DNA from: Harriotta raleighana
Taxonomy: Eukaryota
DNA: 64,000 nt
Direction: 5' to 3'
NCBI GenBank assembly: GCA_050575255.1
Contig: JBNZDD010013542.1
Span: 930,369-994,368, forward strand
The notes under the pieces were generated by a model. The model was given only the letters and a program-made list of their open reading frames with translations. It was not told where the DNA came from and did no database searches. Both the position numbers and the translations under genes were made by a program. Positions 1 through 12,915 of this stretch are shown in pieces. Each line of letters starts with the position of its first letter. Positions within the stretch are counted from its first letter, which is position 1.

Positions 1-205
1 GCATTTCCTCAGGGAAAGGCATTGTTACGTAGAACACAGTACTTGGCTCTCTGTTTCTGAATACTGTACCTACATCAGCAGTAGATGTTCAGTACCTGTA
101 CTTATCTTTTGCTGAGAAACGCCTTCAAGATGAGTTTGGGACATTCGTGTGACCTGAAATGCTTCATGCCTTGGGGCGGCATTGCCTTTAAATTTAAGAT
201 CTTAT

Positions 206-538
206 GGAGTCCTGTAGCTAAATTGTTGGAGCACTTGCCTTGTAAGTGAGAGGACCTGGATTCCTGGGCAGGGTGAAATGTTGGGAGAAATTCCCTCACT
301 CCATATGTCTCTGCTTATCTAGCACTAAGTAGGTTCCCTTAAAAAAGGAATAAAAATTATAATAATTTGGTCAGTTAATCCACAACTGTTTATGGGACAT
401 TGATGTACAAAATTCGCTGCCGCATTTCATCCACAAAATATACAGTTAATTCAGTTTACAGCATATTCTATGAAGCGCTTTAGATATCTTGGAGACATTA
501 TAAAGTGCTATATCAAATGGAAGGATTATTATTATTAT
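206..538 (+). mobile_element. Near full-length tRNA-derived SINE (chondrichthyan SINE2/Deu-type), degenerate copy
   Basis: tRNA-like head GGAGTCCTGTAGCTAAATTGTTGGAGCACTTGCC, body shared with copies at 7897-8210 and 12254-12543, tail ...GCTATATCAAATGGAAGG(ATT)n. Confidence 0.75.
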
Positions 539-1519
539 CTTGAAGAATTTTGAAAAGTTCTTGAATTTGTTGCTAATTTGAAATTTGGGTTTCATGACTT
601 TCTTTATAAAGAACTGCCCCTGAGCACCACTTATGGCTTGATCTGTGACCCCACAACCTTCTGCTTCAAAGGTGAGAGTTAAAGTGATACTGGCACAGCT
701 GCAAACGTGCAGCCTAGCGTTCCCACATATAGTGCCATGACTTCAGTGCACTGCTGCAGTGACTGTATTGGCATCTTTAACCATGCCATCTGGCCTCCTC
801 TATTTAAATATTTTCTCATGAGCTACTACCATTAACAGTCCTTTCTAAATTCAAACGCTATTTAGGGCTACTGTGTTGAAAAGCAATCACCTGTTTACAA
901 TGCCAGACATATCAAATCCTTATCAGTGAGTAAGTAAATCTCTTTGAACTTAAGTTTTTAATAGCTCTATTGCCAGTTTATTTAAAGGCCTTCATACAAT
1001 CTTTTTGCATTAAGTGATACACATCTCATTGAGATTGTTTTTCTTGAAAGCTGACATCACATTACTTGAACATAAAAAAATGTACCCATCTCTCGTCTGG
1101 GGAGAAAAATGTTGCAAAGCATTGCCAATGGTAAATGTCCTCTTCATTGTTCACCATTGGGGTCTTTTAATGATCCAGCAAATAGGCAGGGAAGTGATAT
1201 TTTACAAAAACTTGCCAGAGGCAATGGCTGAATAGTGTTGAGATGCCAATGTCTTACTTTTATATTCCTAATTTCACTTGCTGTTAGAATAATAATAATC
1301 CTTGAATTTGATATTACATTTTATTACATTCTTGAAATACCTCAATGCCTCACAGAATTTTTACTGGAAAGTGACATCATTTTTCTAGTTGTAGCCAGGT
1401 ACATTGCTTATTTGCATCCAGCAATGTCCCATAACAACCATGAAGTGAATGAACAATTGTATCTGAGGGATTGATGGCCAGAACACTGGGAGAAACCATG
1501 ACCTTACAACCATCACCCC

Positions 1520-1915
1520 ATTCCTTACCGACTCCCCGTCTTCAAAATGCTCACTCTCACATACATACTCCTCCACACACTACCATCTCCCAACCTCCCT
1601 GACTTGCTCATAGCACATTTCTTCGCTCCTTTCAGTCAGGCCTGCTGTATTTCCCCTGATACTTATATGCAGATGGTGGGCAAGCCTGCAGGCACGCAAC
1701 CTCTGGAACTCTCAGCCTCAATCCCTCCACCTCACCCACCCTTGATTTTTCTCTGCAGTAATTTGCGTTTTTATCTTTAAATCTCACTTAAATATCCATC
1801 TCTTCAACCATGCCTATGTTCACCTCCCCTTCTTCCTTGTTCAGCATCCAACCTCGACAATGTACAGTGCTTTTAAACAATATCCTTCATGAAGGATGCT
1901 ATAAAATGCAAGTTG
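1520..1915 (+). mobile_element. L2-like LINE 3' remnant
   Basis: C-rich L2-type 3' region (..CTCTGGAACTCTC..) ending in ..GCTATAAAATGCAAGTTG, the tail type shared with the local SINEs; family recognised by eye only. Confidence 0.45.
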
Positions 1916-4574
1916 GTGCAATGTTCCCACGCCAACTGCTATTAAATAATACTCGCTGAAAAGTCATTTGGGGGCATCAGGCATAGACTGCATCCGGCTT
2001 GGCTGCAATGAGTTGGTTTGCATTATTAAACAGGCTTCTGATGCACTCTGACTGGGCTTTCTATTAAAGAAGAGCTCCACTTGAGCGAGGAGCGTGAGAG
2101 TTACCTGAGCTGTGTAACTGCACTCTGATGCGACTCAGTACCTTCCGGAGTGGAGCGGAGAAATGTTTTGAAAATCTTTCATGTCTACTCAGATTCACAG
2201 TCTTTCAACAAGGGAATTAATGGCCAACCCTGGTTCCCTTTCAGTCACTTCCCTGCATGTTGGACATGCGTGATAATTTTTATGAAATACTATCCGATCC
2301 TGTGTGAAATGTAAACCACTTGTGTCATAAAACTATAACCGTGGGCGAATGGTGAATTTATTGTTGAGCTTGGGAGGTCTGTTCATGATCTGGCTGAGAT
2401 CAAGTAACACTGGGCAACACAATCATAAATTAGTACTTTACAATTTACTGAGAGGTATCCAGTATCCAATGACTTTCTCTCTACATGTAGAGGAACTGTA
2501 GGTGAAGTATGGCCTGATGACTAGATGCATTTCTGAATGAAATACTTCATATTGATTGAAATATTCTTTAAAGATCTCACCTTTCCTCTATTGCTACTTG
2601 ACCCAGAAATTAGTACAAGGAGATAAATTACTCTTAAGTGGAGCAATGTGCCTGTCTCATCTTCACGCTATCTCTCCCTCACTCAGCACCCCAAGTGTCC
2701 TCACACTCACAGTCTATTCAGAATGCTCAGGTTCAGACCCCACCAGCGTTGGGTACTGACCGAAACACAAAGCTGAAATAGCTAAAACACTACAGACATA
2801 TATCAAACACAATGAACAAATACTTGACTTGAACCCAATGATTATTGTATTGCTGGGGCCAGGAAGAAGGGGAATGTTGTCTGTAATAGAAAGGAGCACC
2901 TTAGTGACATTGTTCATATGGATAAATATTGTGTAGAGTTGTTGAATTACCTTTGGGTGATTAGCGAGTCACTATATCTACCATTTCTGTAGGAGAAATT
3001 GAGAAGACATCCACATTAGGATAGGTTTGCCATGGCTCCAAAGGCTACATGCTCAGTCAATCAAATGGCAGTTTTCTTTCAATGCTTTCCTATGTTTTTA
3101 CGAGATTGTAGATGCATTAGTCTTGTCTCTAGGTCTGAATGCTCACAGGACTAGAGCTGTAAGAATAAAACGTTATTGTGTTACTGGAGGCTACTGCATT
3201 TTTGGAGGTACCATCCTTCACATGGTACCTAAACCATCATGCTTCACATGATACTAAACCAATGTTCCATCTGCTACTCTGGGAGATTTAAAGATCGATT
3301 AACATTATCCGAAAAGAGAAGAGAGTTTCTCCTGGTGTCCTGGCCAGCATTCCCGCAGATGAATTTGTCCTTCACCTCAGGACTTTGTGGGCATAGCAGT
3401 GGGCATAACTGCTGTTGCATTTGCCTACAATATATTTGACAACAATTATTGTTAAGTATTTTTCCAGATTTTGAACATATAAAACACTAAAAACGCAGAT
3501 AAAAATGTTTTTTGAGTCAAACAGAATGTCTGATCTGGATGTTTGACATCTGATTATTATGACCTTAAAGTTACTCTCTACTTGTGAGAAAGTGTTCCAG
3601 GTGATGACACTGGGTGACACATGTACCATGATCACTGAAAATAACTATCTTTCATGCACATCTTTATCCCATTACAGAGGCATAGTGAGAAGATGGCTAT
3701 TTTTAGCTATGGTTAAAATAGCTTCATTTGAGAGTTCCACTGTCAGGAGAGAGAGGTGGGGGGAGGATCTACAGGAATAATATTCTTTATAGAATATTTG
3801 GTTTGAAATAAAATCAGAACCAAGGCCTGTGACTTGGTGGGAATGTTCTGGAAAACAGTCTGGCTTCTCTCCTGGAGTGAGAGTTATAGCTTGACAAAGT
3901 CTTTATTTGTTTACACTGATGGCAAACAAGGGCACATTTCATCTTGTCCCAAAGGACACTGAACCACTTAAATCTCTTCCCAAATGGGGTTTCATTGTGG
4001 ACAAACTATCAACTCACTGCTGGCTCAAACCAATTTCCAAAGCCTTGATGGATTTATTCTAGTTGTTCCAACTTCAGGGGATGTGGAGAAATTCCCATCT
4101 CCCTTCCCTCCTCCCACACTATGAACTAAGACAGGTGCACCCAGAAAACATGAGAAATGAAAGGGGCCCTAACTTCACTAATCAGGTTCAGTGAACTTTT
4201 TCATGGTGGTGGGGGAGAGGGGAGTAAACATGCCGGAGACAGAAGCAGAATGGTCCTAGGTACCAGGCGTTGCACAGTAGGTGCCATAGGTTGCAATCCA
4301 ACTTATTTTATTGCGATGTTTGTTTACAGATAAGTAGGAGAAAAACGAAATGTCTGAATGGCTTTCATAGAGAGAGAAAAAGCCTGTGAAAAGTTATAAA
4401 AAAAACATACTGTGTAAAGTGAGAAATCACTTTTGCGTTCCACATTCTATTCTAGAAATGGAACAATGTGTTTGCCTGTGACATTATGTCATTTCGTCAT
4501 TATGGTCTCAGTTGTTGACATGTAGAATTGACACATCTGTTTAGTTAGGTTATGCTTTAGCAGGTTATAATAGT

Positions 4575-4870
4575 CCTTGTATGTGATATAGCGCCTTATT
4601 GTGTCTTTGAGGCATCTCAATTACTTCACAGGATATGCTTTAAAAGTATGTATTTTGTGGGTGAAACAGGGCACTCTGTTATGTACAGCAATGTCCCACA
4701 ACCAGCCATGAAAAGAATGCCCATTTTTATCTGTGGGGGGTGGGGTTGTTGCCGAGGACACGGGGAGAGAGAAAGTCCCATCTCTTTTCGAATAGTGCTA
4801 TGGTATCTTTAACATCCACTTGAACTGGCAGACGGGACTTGGATTTGACGTCTAATCCAAATGACAGGTT
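4575..4870 (-). mobile_element. Deu-domain SINE fragment
   Basis: Tail CCTTGTATGTGATATAGCGCC.., body CAGCAATGTCCCACAA.., TCTTTTCGAATAGTGCTATGGTATCTTTAACATCCACTTGA; related to 12590-12915. Confidence 0.6.
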
Positions 4871-6815
4871 AATGCTTTGTAAAGAAGACACGTCACTGTT
4901 TGGCTTTCTCATTGGCGGAGCTCACTCTGTGTGCTCAGAGGCTTCTCTTTTGTGTACCTGACTGACAACAGATAGAGGTAGGGTATAGTGATGGGGTACA
5001 GAGATAGGGTACCTGGGTAGAACACCAGAGACACCAGACCTTTTACCTAAGTGGCCATTCTTAATATACAAGCCCAGCCAATGAGTACTACCCACAATAA
5101 AGGGCTGAAGATCATAACCACACCTGATTTTGTCCTCAAGAAGTTGACACAATACACTTACAGAAAGGCGTGGCTGATTTTTTCTTTCCTAAAGCGAGGG
5201 TCACTGCAGCCAATTGTAACTTGCCCACTACTTTCTTGGTTGAAAAGAAACTCACTCAGCTCACACCATTTTCCAAAGTGAAACTAGCCGCCAAAATGGT
5301 TACAGACCAAATCTTAATGGTGAAATGTCAGCTCTGTAAATTCTCTTCTCCCGCAGTACCCAAACAAATATCATCCTTTTAAAGCTTGTTTTGCTGTTGC
5401 ACAAGTCTCCGTTGATGATCTTTGACTTTGCAAAAAAATAAAAGATTTTGTCTGTGAAAATGCCGGGTTGATGTTTCCTCCTCTTCAGTTCCTGCCTGTG
5501 ATTACAGGCCACTGTTCATGTCCCTGCATCCTGTCTCCGGCAGTCACCCAGGAGCCAACTCTCTGTCAGCACGCCGGGATGACAGGAGCTGATGGCTCCA
5601 GCTCAGTCACTTTGTCCATAAAACACTGCCACTCAGGCGCTATCTCATCTGTTGACTGTTCTGATGATCCTTTCTGCATTGGGTAAGGCAGACAAACGCA
5701 GTGGACTGCAGAATGTGCTGCCTCCCTGGAATGTTGCTCTTGTAAGTGTGTGAAAAGTCAATTGATATGAAAAGGATATTTTGATTCTCCATAAATAGAA
5801 TATTTTTCAGATCCATAGCGTCTTAAATGAGCCCAGCGGCCTGAACTCTAACATTCTTCTCGGAACCTGCTCAACTGTTGTACATTACACTACACAATCG
5901 GTCTGGACTGAGCTCAAATTCCCACCCCCCACTCCCACTATCCTCCGACTCTCTTGATTCTAATCCCTAGCTTGGATGCAAACCCTGACTATCCAACGCC
6001 TTGGTACATCCTTTGGACTTGAAGGCACTATATAAACGTACATTTTTATTGTTGTTACAGTATACTGATTTTTTTGTAGAAATACTTCCTTATAGACCAA
6101 ATGATTTTTTTTTTGCCTTTAAACCATGCATTAAAATCCATTGTCATCAAAGCAGATTGATTTGGGATCCAAATGTTCTAATTGTACAATATATAAACCA
6201 AAGTCAAGCTAGCTCCCATATACTGTAAATTCAGGTTTAACAGTAACTTTTCCTTTAGTGGAACTATTATACTTCCCATTATCTCAATTGTTGCCAAACT
6301 TTGATGTGTCATGAAGAGTTACCCATTGCCCTGTTCACACAACCACTAGAATTAAATTCAGATTGTCCTGATTGGAATTTCATCCTGCAGGGTACTGTTC
6401 TTAGTTAACATCTTCTTTGAACTAGTTTGTGTATCGGACAGAAATCAGATTACAAGCCTGACAGCATATGTTGGCATTTTCCTCTGGCAGATGCACAGCA
6501 GGTATTAGAAATAGTTGCATCTGTTGTATCTCAACTCTAATCTCTGTTCAATACAGCCAGGCTGAAACAAGCATCTGAGTTTTTCAGAGTTTATAGATAA
6601 TATATGTTATACTTTAGAATGAAATCCAAGAACTTTGCAATGCTTATGCTCACTTTTACTCAATTTAATTCAAATCCTGTTGACACTGTGACTGAATCCC
6701 CACTATTTGCATGGCTCTGCCTTTTTCAGAGGTGCATCAGTGGAACAGCAGAATTGAAGTTTAGGGATTAGCTGGAGAGTGAAGCTTGATTCAGTGAAGC
6801 ACATGAAAGTGACAC

Positions 6816-6990
6816 AGAATCATGGAAGGTTTACAGCACAAAGGAGACCATTTAACCTATAGTGTCTGTGCTTGTGCTCAATATTACTTATCAATTAGTT
6901 ATTCAGTTCCCTGTTAAATGTTTTTAAGGACACTGTGTCAAAACCCATTTGCAATAATTCCAAAAATCCTCTGTGTAAAAAAAAATCTAA
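6816..6990 (-). mobile_element. CR1-like LINE 3' end remnant
   Basis: CAGAATCATGGAAGGTTTACAGCACAAAGGAGACCATTTAACC resembles the reverse-strand CR1 3' terminus. Confidence 0.45.
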
Positions 6991-7256
6991 CTTTCCTCTC
7001 TTTTCTTGCAAATATAATCATCTTATTACTGATACCTAAAATATCTATTGTAAATATTCATCCAGATTGCTCATTAAATTCGCAATCAGAATAATCATAT
7101 TTGCATTTGAATTCAAAACATATGTAGATCATTACTGCTAGCTAAATGTGGTTTAAATAACTTTTTCTTGTGTGTTCAAACAGGCTAGAACAGTTTTTCT
7201 GTGCTTGGCTGCACTGATTGATATGTGGTAAAACTACTACTGTGAAGAGACATATA

Positions 7257-7564
7257 CAGTAAACCTTCGATAATCCGACATTCCGAAAACCAGCAACTCC
7301 CTAAACCCAGCAAGATTTCAAAATACATTTTTTTTTCCGATGTTGGCAAATCACTCAAAATTCAGAACAGCTGTTGCTGCTCTGTCATCTGGCGCTATGG
7401 TTACCACTCGAGCATAGTTTGACTTCAGCGCTGTGTTTATAGCTCACGTGATGTATGGGGTAGGGCTTCCCCAGCCATTTCTAGGGTAGGCTCTAAATAA
7501 CAGCAAACTCGGAAATCCCAGAGGTGAGTGGGCCCATCTGTGCCGGATTATCGAGATATTACTG
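7257..7564. mobile_element. Non-autonomous Tc1/mariner-pogo (Tigger-like) DNA transposon / MITE, ~308 bp
   Basis: Imperfect 24 bp TIRs: left CAGTAAACCTTCGATAATCCGACA, right (reverse complement) CAGTAATATCTCGATAATCCGGCA; TA on both flanks; no ORF. Confidence 0.8.
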
Positions 7565-7896
7565 TATTGTGTCTTTCTGTTGAAGTATTTTTATGGTCTT
7601 GCACTTTGGCAGCAACTCAGAGTGTTTAATAATGGTGAAGCCTGATGCTGAGCCAGGGGTAGGGAGGAGGTAACCATAACCACAGTAAAAGAGGTTGTTC
7701 TTCAGTCGTGAACTAAAAGAAGGGATGAAGGAGATAAGGCGGAATGATTGGGGGAGAGAGAGTTCCAAAGCTTTGGATCATAGTGGATGTGAATGCGGCC
7801 ACCAATGTGGAGCAGAGGGGATGAACGATAAGTTGGAGGCCAGAGCCAGCTGAGCGGTGGCAGTGGGTTGTGGAATGAGAATAAAGCTGGTCAGTA

Positions 7897-8210
7897 ATAA
7901 TAATAATAATAATAATCCTTGCATTTGATATAGCGCTTTTCACATCTTATCGACGTCCCAAAGCGCTTCACAGAATATACTGTAGAGTGAATTGACTGTA
8001 TATTTGTGGGCGGAATGCGGCAGCGAATTGCGCACAGCAGTGTCCCACAAACAGTCATAGATTGAAATGACCAATTTTATTATTGTGTTTTTTTTTGGAG
8101 GGATTATTATTAGGCATGTGGAGTAAGGAAACTTGCCCAAGGTTTCGCCCTGATCTGCCTGGATTCTAACACAGGTCTCACGCTTGTAAGGCGAGTGGTC
8201 TAACCACTAA
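7897..8210 (-). mobile_element. Full-length tRNA-derived SINE, apparently inserted into an L2-like fragment (7740-7895 and 8212-8255)
   Basis: (AAT)n tail, CCTTGCATTTGATATAGCGCTTTTC, body, tRNA-like head at 8140-8210; flanks resemble reverse-strand L2 (GAGAGTTCCAAAG.., AGGCCAAGAAGGGATTTGTAGAC). Confidence 0.85.
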
Positions 8211-9774
8211 GGTGAGGAGGTCCCAGGCCAAGAAGGGATTTGTAGACAAAGTTGGAGCAGCAGTCTTGGCTCTAATCACTTTTACTCTTTTCCCTATATC
8301 AATAAACCTTCTAACATAAAGTTTCTGGACTCAGGGCTGAGGTACTGCTGGGTGACTGATACCTGGGAAATGGTTCCCAAGCACAAGTCATTGCCTTCAG
8401 GAGCTGGAAGCGGAAATTGGAGAAGGGGGAAAGAAAGTCTTTCAAAAAATGGATGAAAGGATAAGGAAAGTTTGCAACCAAAACCCCACAGGGATTATTG
8501 AATCTTTTCCTCCCAACAGGTCATGCACAATCCATACCATGTTGAACTCTTCCCAACTTATTTAAGGAAGATTAATGACAAGTAAAAGTCCCAAGGGAGA
8601 AATCTTGTGAAATTTCTCACTGATCCCAGAAGCAAAAGCTCCTGGATATCAATCATACATTAAAATGCATGCTATACAAAATGAGATGCAGACTACCACA
8701 GTAGTAGAAGAGAACAGCTGATCCTACTAATCCTTACATTGCAGCAGTGTCTAATGGCAGCTCAATGTTTCAGCGGCCTTTTTGGAATGCAAAAGTAGTG
8801 GCTTCCAGATTGAGGTGGATACAACTTCAGAGGAGCTACGCGATACTCCTCTCGGCTAGAATTTTCTTTTTGATCAACCGTGTGGCTGACAAAGTTGAAA
8901 ACCCATTAGAGTATTCAAAGCAAACTATTGAGATTTCCATGTATGCTTGGAAATTTCCTTGTGTATGGAATGGATTGGAGCATGCACTTTCTTCCCAGAA
9001 GGACACTTTCTTCCCTGCTAAAAATTCTGAAACTTATTAGTCACTAGATCCTTATACTAAGGGTGTCAACAAGCTCCAAGGCTTGGGGACCACAAAGGGT
9101 GCAGTTGGGTACTGCTGGAGTAGTGGGTGACAACACTGTCTAATGTAACACAATGCCATACAATGAGGAAATGTGATGAATTGCTGATCTCAGCTAGGAG
9201 AGCGATTTAGGCTGAAGATTGTCCTCACAGAGACCCTTGGTTAATCTAGGGAAAATCAGATGGTGTTCATTCCTTGGACATTATAGACATATACTTGGAT
9301 TAAAATGGACATTAAATTAAATATTGCTCATCTATTTCTACTGCAGCATTTGGTTTGTCCAACTTAAATCATTGTGAACTACATTATACATGGATATCTA
9401 AGCAAAATTGGTGTTTATCTTTAATTACTTATAACCATTATTAATCTGAATTAATAAACCTTGATTAATTGTAAAAAAATTGTGTCAGTCCTTACTTCAC
9501 CGCAGGGCCATTAATAAATTAACCCTCACAAAAGCACTTCAAAAGATAGACTGTAAAGTAAATTGATTGTATATTTTGTGTGCGAAATACAGCAGCCAAT
9601 TTGTGCACAGCGGTGTATCACAAACAGTTGTGGAGTGACCAATCTATTTTTTTGTGGAACAAATTATTACCCCCAGAAAAGCAATCCACCAATCAACTAA
9701 CAACCAGATTCGTACTACTGCTAGGTAAACAGTGGTATGTGAAGTACAACAACAACCACTACATTTATAATTTT

Positions 9775-10110
9775 TAAGGGGCATGATAGAGTAGATAGTG
9801 AGAGACTGTTTCCCCGGTTGGAGAAACTGTAACTAAGGGTCATAGTTTTAAGATTAGGGGTAAGGCTTACACTGAGTTGAGGAAAAACATTATGGAATTC
9901 TCTACAACCAAAAGGCTATAAATGCTAAGTCCTTGAACATATTCAAGACTGAGATTTATATATTTCTTATGGTTAAAGGGATTAAGAGATATGGGAATAA
10001 GGCGAGGAGGTGGAGTTAGATTAGAAGATCAACCATGATTTTATTGAATGGCGGGGCAGGCTCGAGGGGCCGAATGGCCTACTCCTGCTCCTAATTCTTA
10101 TGTTCTTATG
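9775..10110 (+). mobile_element. CR1 LINE 3' end, apparently nested in a minus-strand SINE (body ~9530-9680, head ~10145-10225)
   Basis: Typical CR1 terminus ..GAATGGCGGGGCAGGCTCGAGGGGCCGAATGGCCTACTCCTGCTCCTAATTCTTATGTTCTTATG. Confidence 0.85.
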
Positions 10111-11179
10111 TGAACTTCCATGTTGGGAGGACATCCCAAAATACTGAGTAAGAAAACTTGCCCAACATTTCGCCCTGCTGGGAATCAAACCCAGGTAGTG
10201 CTCTAATCATTGAGCTACAGAACCATACAGCATGTGCATAGAAGGCCGGTGAGGCCTCAGCTGTGGTTCAGGAACTTCTCATGGTTCACATATGAATAAT
10301 AATTGCTTGTGTGAGGTACTGCTGAGAATTATAATGCAGTAAATGAAAAAGAAAGCCAAATATCTTCAGGAGAGAAGGAATGAGTTGAGGAAATTGGAGG
10401 AGAAAAATTGGTGGACTAAATAAATAGAATGGTTGTTAGTTGGCAGTTGCAATGATGTGTGTAGAGCTGCCCGTGTTTAATCAGCAGAGGCCAAAAACAT
10501 TGAGTTTCAGAAATTGGTATCAGATGTCTGATGGATAGCAACAATATAGGAGGTGCTGTGAACTTGACATAATGTATAATGTATATCATAATGTATCAAG
10601 ACTGAACAACCATGATTTTTCCCCCAATTTTTGTTTGTCCTCATTTGTGGCCTTCTGAGAATAAGGCTGTCGAGGCTGGGGAATGGAATGAAATACAATA
10701 CTGTATTGGTGAACTCCCAAGTCATGTGCAGAATAAGTTAGCAAAGCGTTATCTCCTCTTCTCACAAATGGCATGTTTAAACTCTGGCTATCAGCAAAAT
10801 TGATATTTAGTAATAAATGATTGGCAGTTTTGTTTTGTGGACTTGGATCTGGGGTAAAAATTGCCCAAAGATTTGTTTTTCGGAAAACACTTGCGATCAA
10901 GCGAGGAAACTTCAGCCCAGGAATCTAAGATAACATTTTCTATTCATCCCATCCCTCAGGTTAAGGTATCTTCAAAAGATTATGCATATTTCAAGTGCTG
11001 CTGCTCATTTACTCTGTGAGTGTGGGTCAGAACGCAACTCTGCAAAAGGTGCTCAATCAGCACCCAGGATGCCTTCATGGCAGCCATGTGGAGATCAATA
11101 CCTCTCCATCAGTGAATTAGAGACGTAAGCACATAAAGTCTCACTTACTATCAGACAGTGTTATCAAACACGCTAGCTT

Positions 11180-11425
11180 GGATAGCTGGGACCAAGTTAC
11201 AAACTGTAATCAAATCCAGAGTACAAATAATTTATATATAGCTTAGTGGATGCTTGGGAATTGCAAATTGTAATCTAACCCAAGATTCAGATTAGTTTAT
11301 ATAAAGAATAACCCATACCTGGGAGTGAATTACAGGCTGGAACCTAATCAAGGGTTCAGATACATAACATAATGGATTCTGGGCAATTAGTTATAGCCTG
11401 GAATCTAAATAATGGGTTTGGATGA
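11180..11425. repeat. Degenerate ~60-70 bp tandem repeat (about 4 units)
   Basis: Recurring GGG(N)4-8TTACA..CTG(G/T)AATC(T/A)AA..(T/G)TCAGA units. Confidence 0.6.
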
Positions 11426-11868
11426 CAGGATGAAGCAGGAGAAGAAAGTGAGCAAATTAAGTGAGTGATTAAGATTGAATTACAGTTTTGAATTTGCTCC
11501 CTGGTCTCTGATATTTTCTGTAATATATACTGTTTACTTTTTTAAGTGAGAAGATTCTATTTTCGAATCTTAGAGGATGGTGCTTCTCACTGCAGCCACA
11601 TTCAGAGGATCCCCGGGGTGATATAAAGCATGTGATTGCAGGGTGCTGAAAAACACTCAGGATATTGCTTGCCATTCTCGTCTCTAAGTCAGAAGGTTGT
11701 GGGTACAAATCCCACATCGGGACATGAATGGACACAATAAAAGTTGGTACTTTTATATGCACTCAGGGAAAACCTCTTTGTTGCTTATTTAACTCCAGTA
11801 GTATTTTTATTTCCCAAGATATTTAAGGATTTATTCATAGAAATGCAGAATGATAGTAAGTGAGACTT

Positions 11869-12249
11869 TCTTCCCTTCCCACCTGTACTATCAATACAAA
11901 CTTTCTTTCACTTTTACACTCTTGTTTTTTCTCAGCATGCAAACTGAAAACATCACCTTGCAGGCGTGCAGGCAGTCTGAGGCCTGTTGTTCTTTGTGAC
12001 ACTGATTTATCATGTTAAATTAACAGCAGTTCTGAATGGGAGAGTTATACTTTTGGTAGAGATCTGTAAACTTGTTTTGTTTCATGGCTGAATTTTGGAG
12101 AACAAAGTTTGCCTATATGAATATAATATATTTCATACAGAAAATATACACAAACTGTGTATTTTGCTCACAAAATATAATCAATTCACTTTACAGTATA
12201 TTCAGTGAAACGCTTTGAGACATCTTGAAGATGCAAAGGATTATTATAT
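11869..12249 (+). repeat. Copy 1 of a ~380 bp duplicated element (unique body + SINE tail)
   Basis: Colinear and highly similar to 22925-23313, e.g. TGTTTTTTCTCAGCATGCAAACTGAAAAC and TCTTTGTGACACTGATTTATCATGTTAAATTAACAGCAG. Confidence 0.9.
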
Positions 12250-12253
12250 TTGT

Positions 12254-12543
12254 GGAGTCCAGTAGCTCAGTGGTCAGAGCACTCATCTTGCAAGCGAGAA
12301 ACATGGGTTCGATTCCAGGCAGGGCGAAACCTTTCCGTATTCCACATGCCTGATAATAATCTCTCAAAAAAAATTAGTCACTTCAATCAATGACTGTTTG
12401 TGAGACACTGCTGTGCGCAATTGTCTGGCACGTTTTGCCCAAATATATTTAGTCAATTCACTTTACAGTAAATTCTGTGGAGCGCTTTGGGACATCTAGA
12501 AAATGTGAAAAGCACTATATTAAATGCAAGGATTATTATTATT
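12254..12543 (+). mobile_element. Full-length tRNA-derived SINE
   Basis: A-box TAGCTCAGTGG and B-box GGTTCGATTCC, then family body and (ATT)n tail. Confidence 0.9.
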
Positions 12544-12589
12544 ACTGTATTAGTACTGACAATCCAGGCTGCCACTCAATGCAGTGCTG

Positions 12590-12915
12590 GGGAGGTGTTG
12601 CGTTATCAGAGGTGCCATCTTTTGGATGACACGTTAAACTGAGGTCCCACCTGCTTTTTCAGGTGGACATTAAAAGTTCTGTGGCACAGTTTGAAAAGAG
12701 AAGGTTGTCCTGGCTGGTGCCCCTGGTCAATAACCCCCAAATAAAATTAGTCATTTGTTTTGTGGCTGTTTGAGGGAAATTTTTGTGCACAATTGTACTA
12801 CCATCGTTTGTCTGCAAATACATACCGTCATTCTTTTTCACAGAAAATCCTGTGAAGCAATTTGAGACGTCCTTCCAACATGATAAGGCATTATACCAGA
12901 TACAAGGATATTGTT
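12590..12915 (+). mobile_element. Deu-domain SINE fragment
   Basis: TCAGAGGTGCCATCTTTTGGATGACACGTTAAACTGAGGTCCCACCTGC..CAGGTGGACATTAAAAG, then L2-like tail. Confidence 0.65.

Noticed and set aside
2700-2770. Possible small minus-strand exon (TQRWWGLNLSILNR) or skap1 first exon 3' of Hoxb1
   Set aside because: No resemblance to the SKAP1 N-terminus that I can recognise; isolated splice-like motifs are expected by chance
4185-4197. GGTTCA-g-TGAACT IR1 (and TGACCT-n4-GGTTCA at 48515-48530)
   Set aside because: Isolated half-site pairs without positional precedent; compatible with chance
5557-5679. Minus-strand short ORF starting MQKG.., checked as a possible Hox pseudogene
   Set aside because: No hexapeptide or homeodomain residues in any nearby frame
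12254-12330. tRNA-like sequence with A and B boxes
   Set aside because: It is the head of a SINE continuous with the family body and tail, not a tRNA gene
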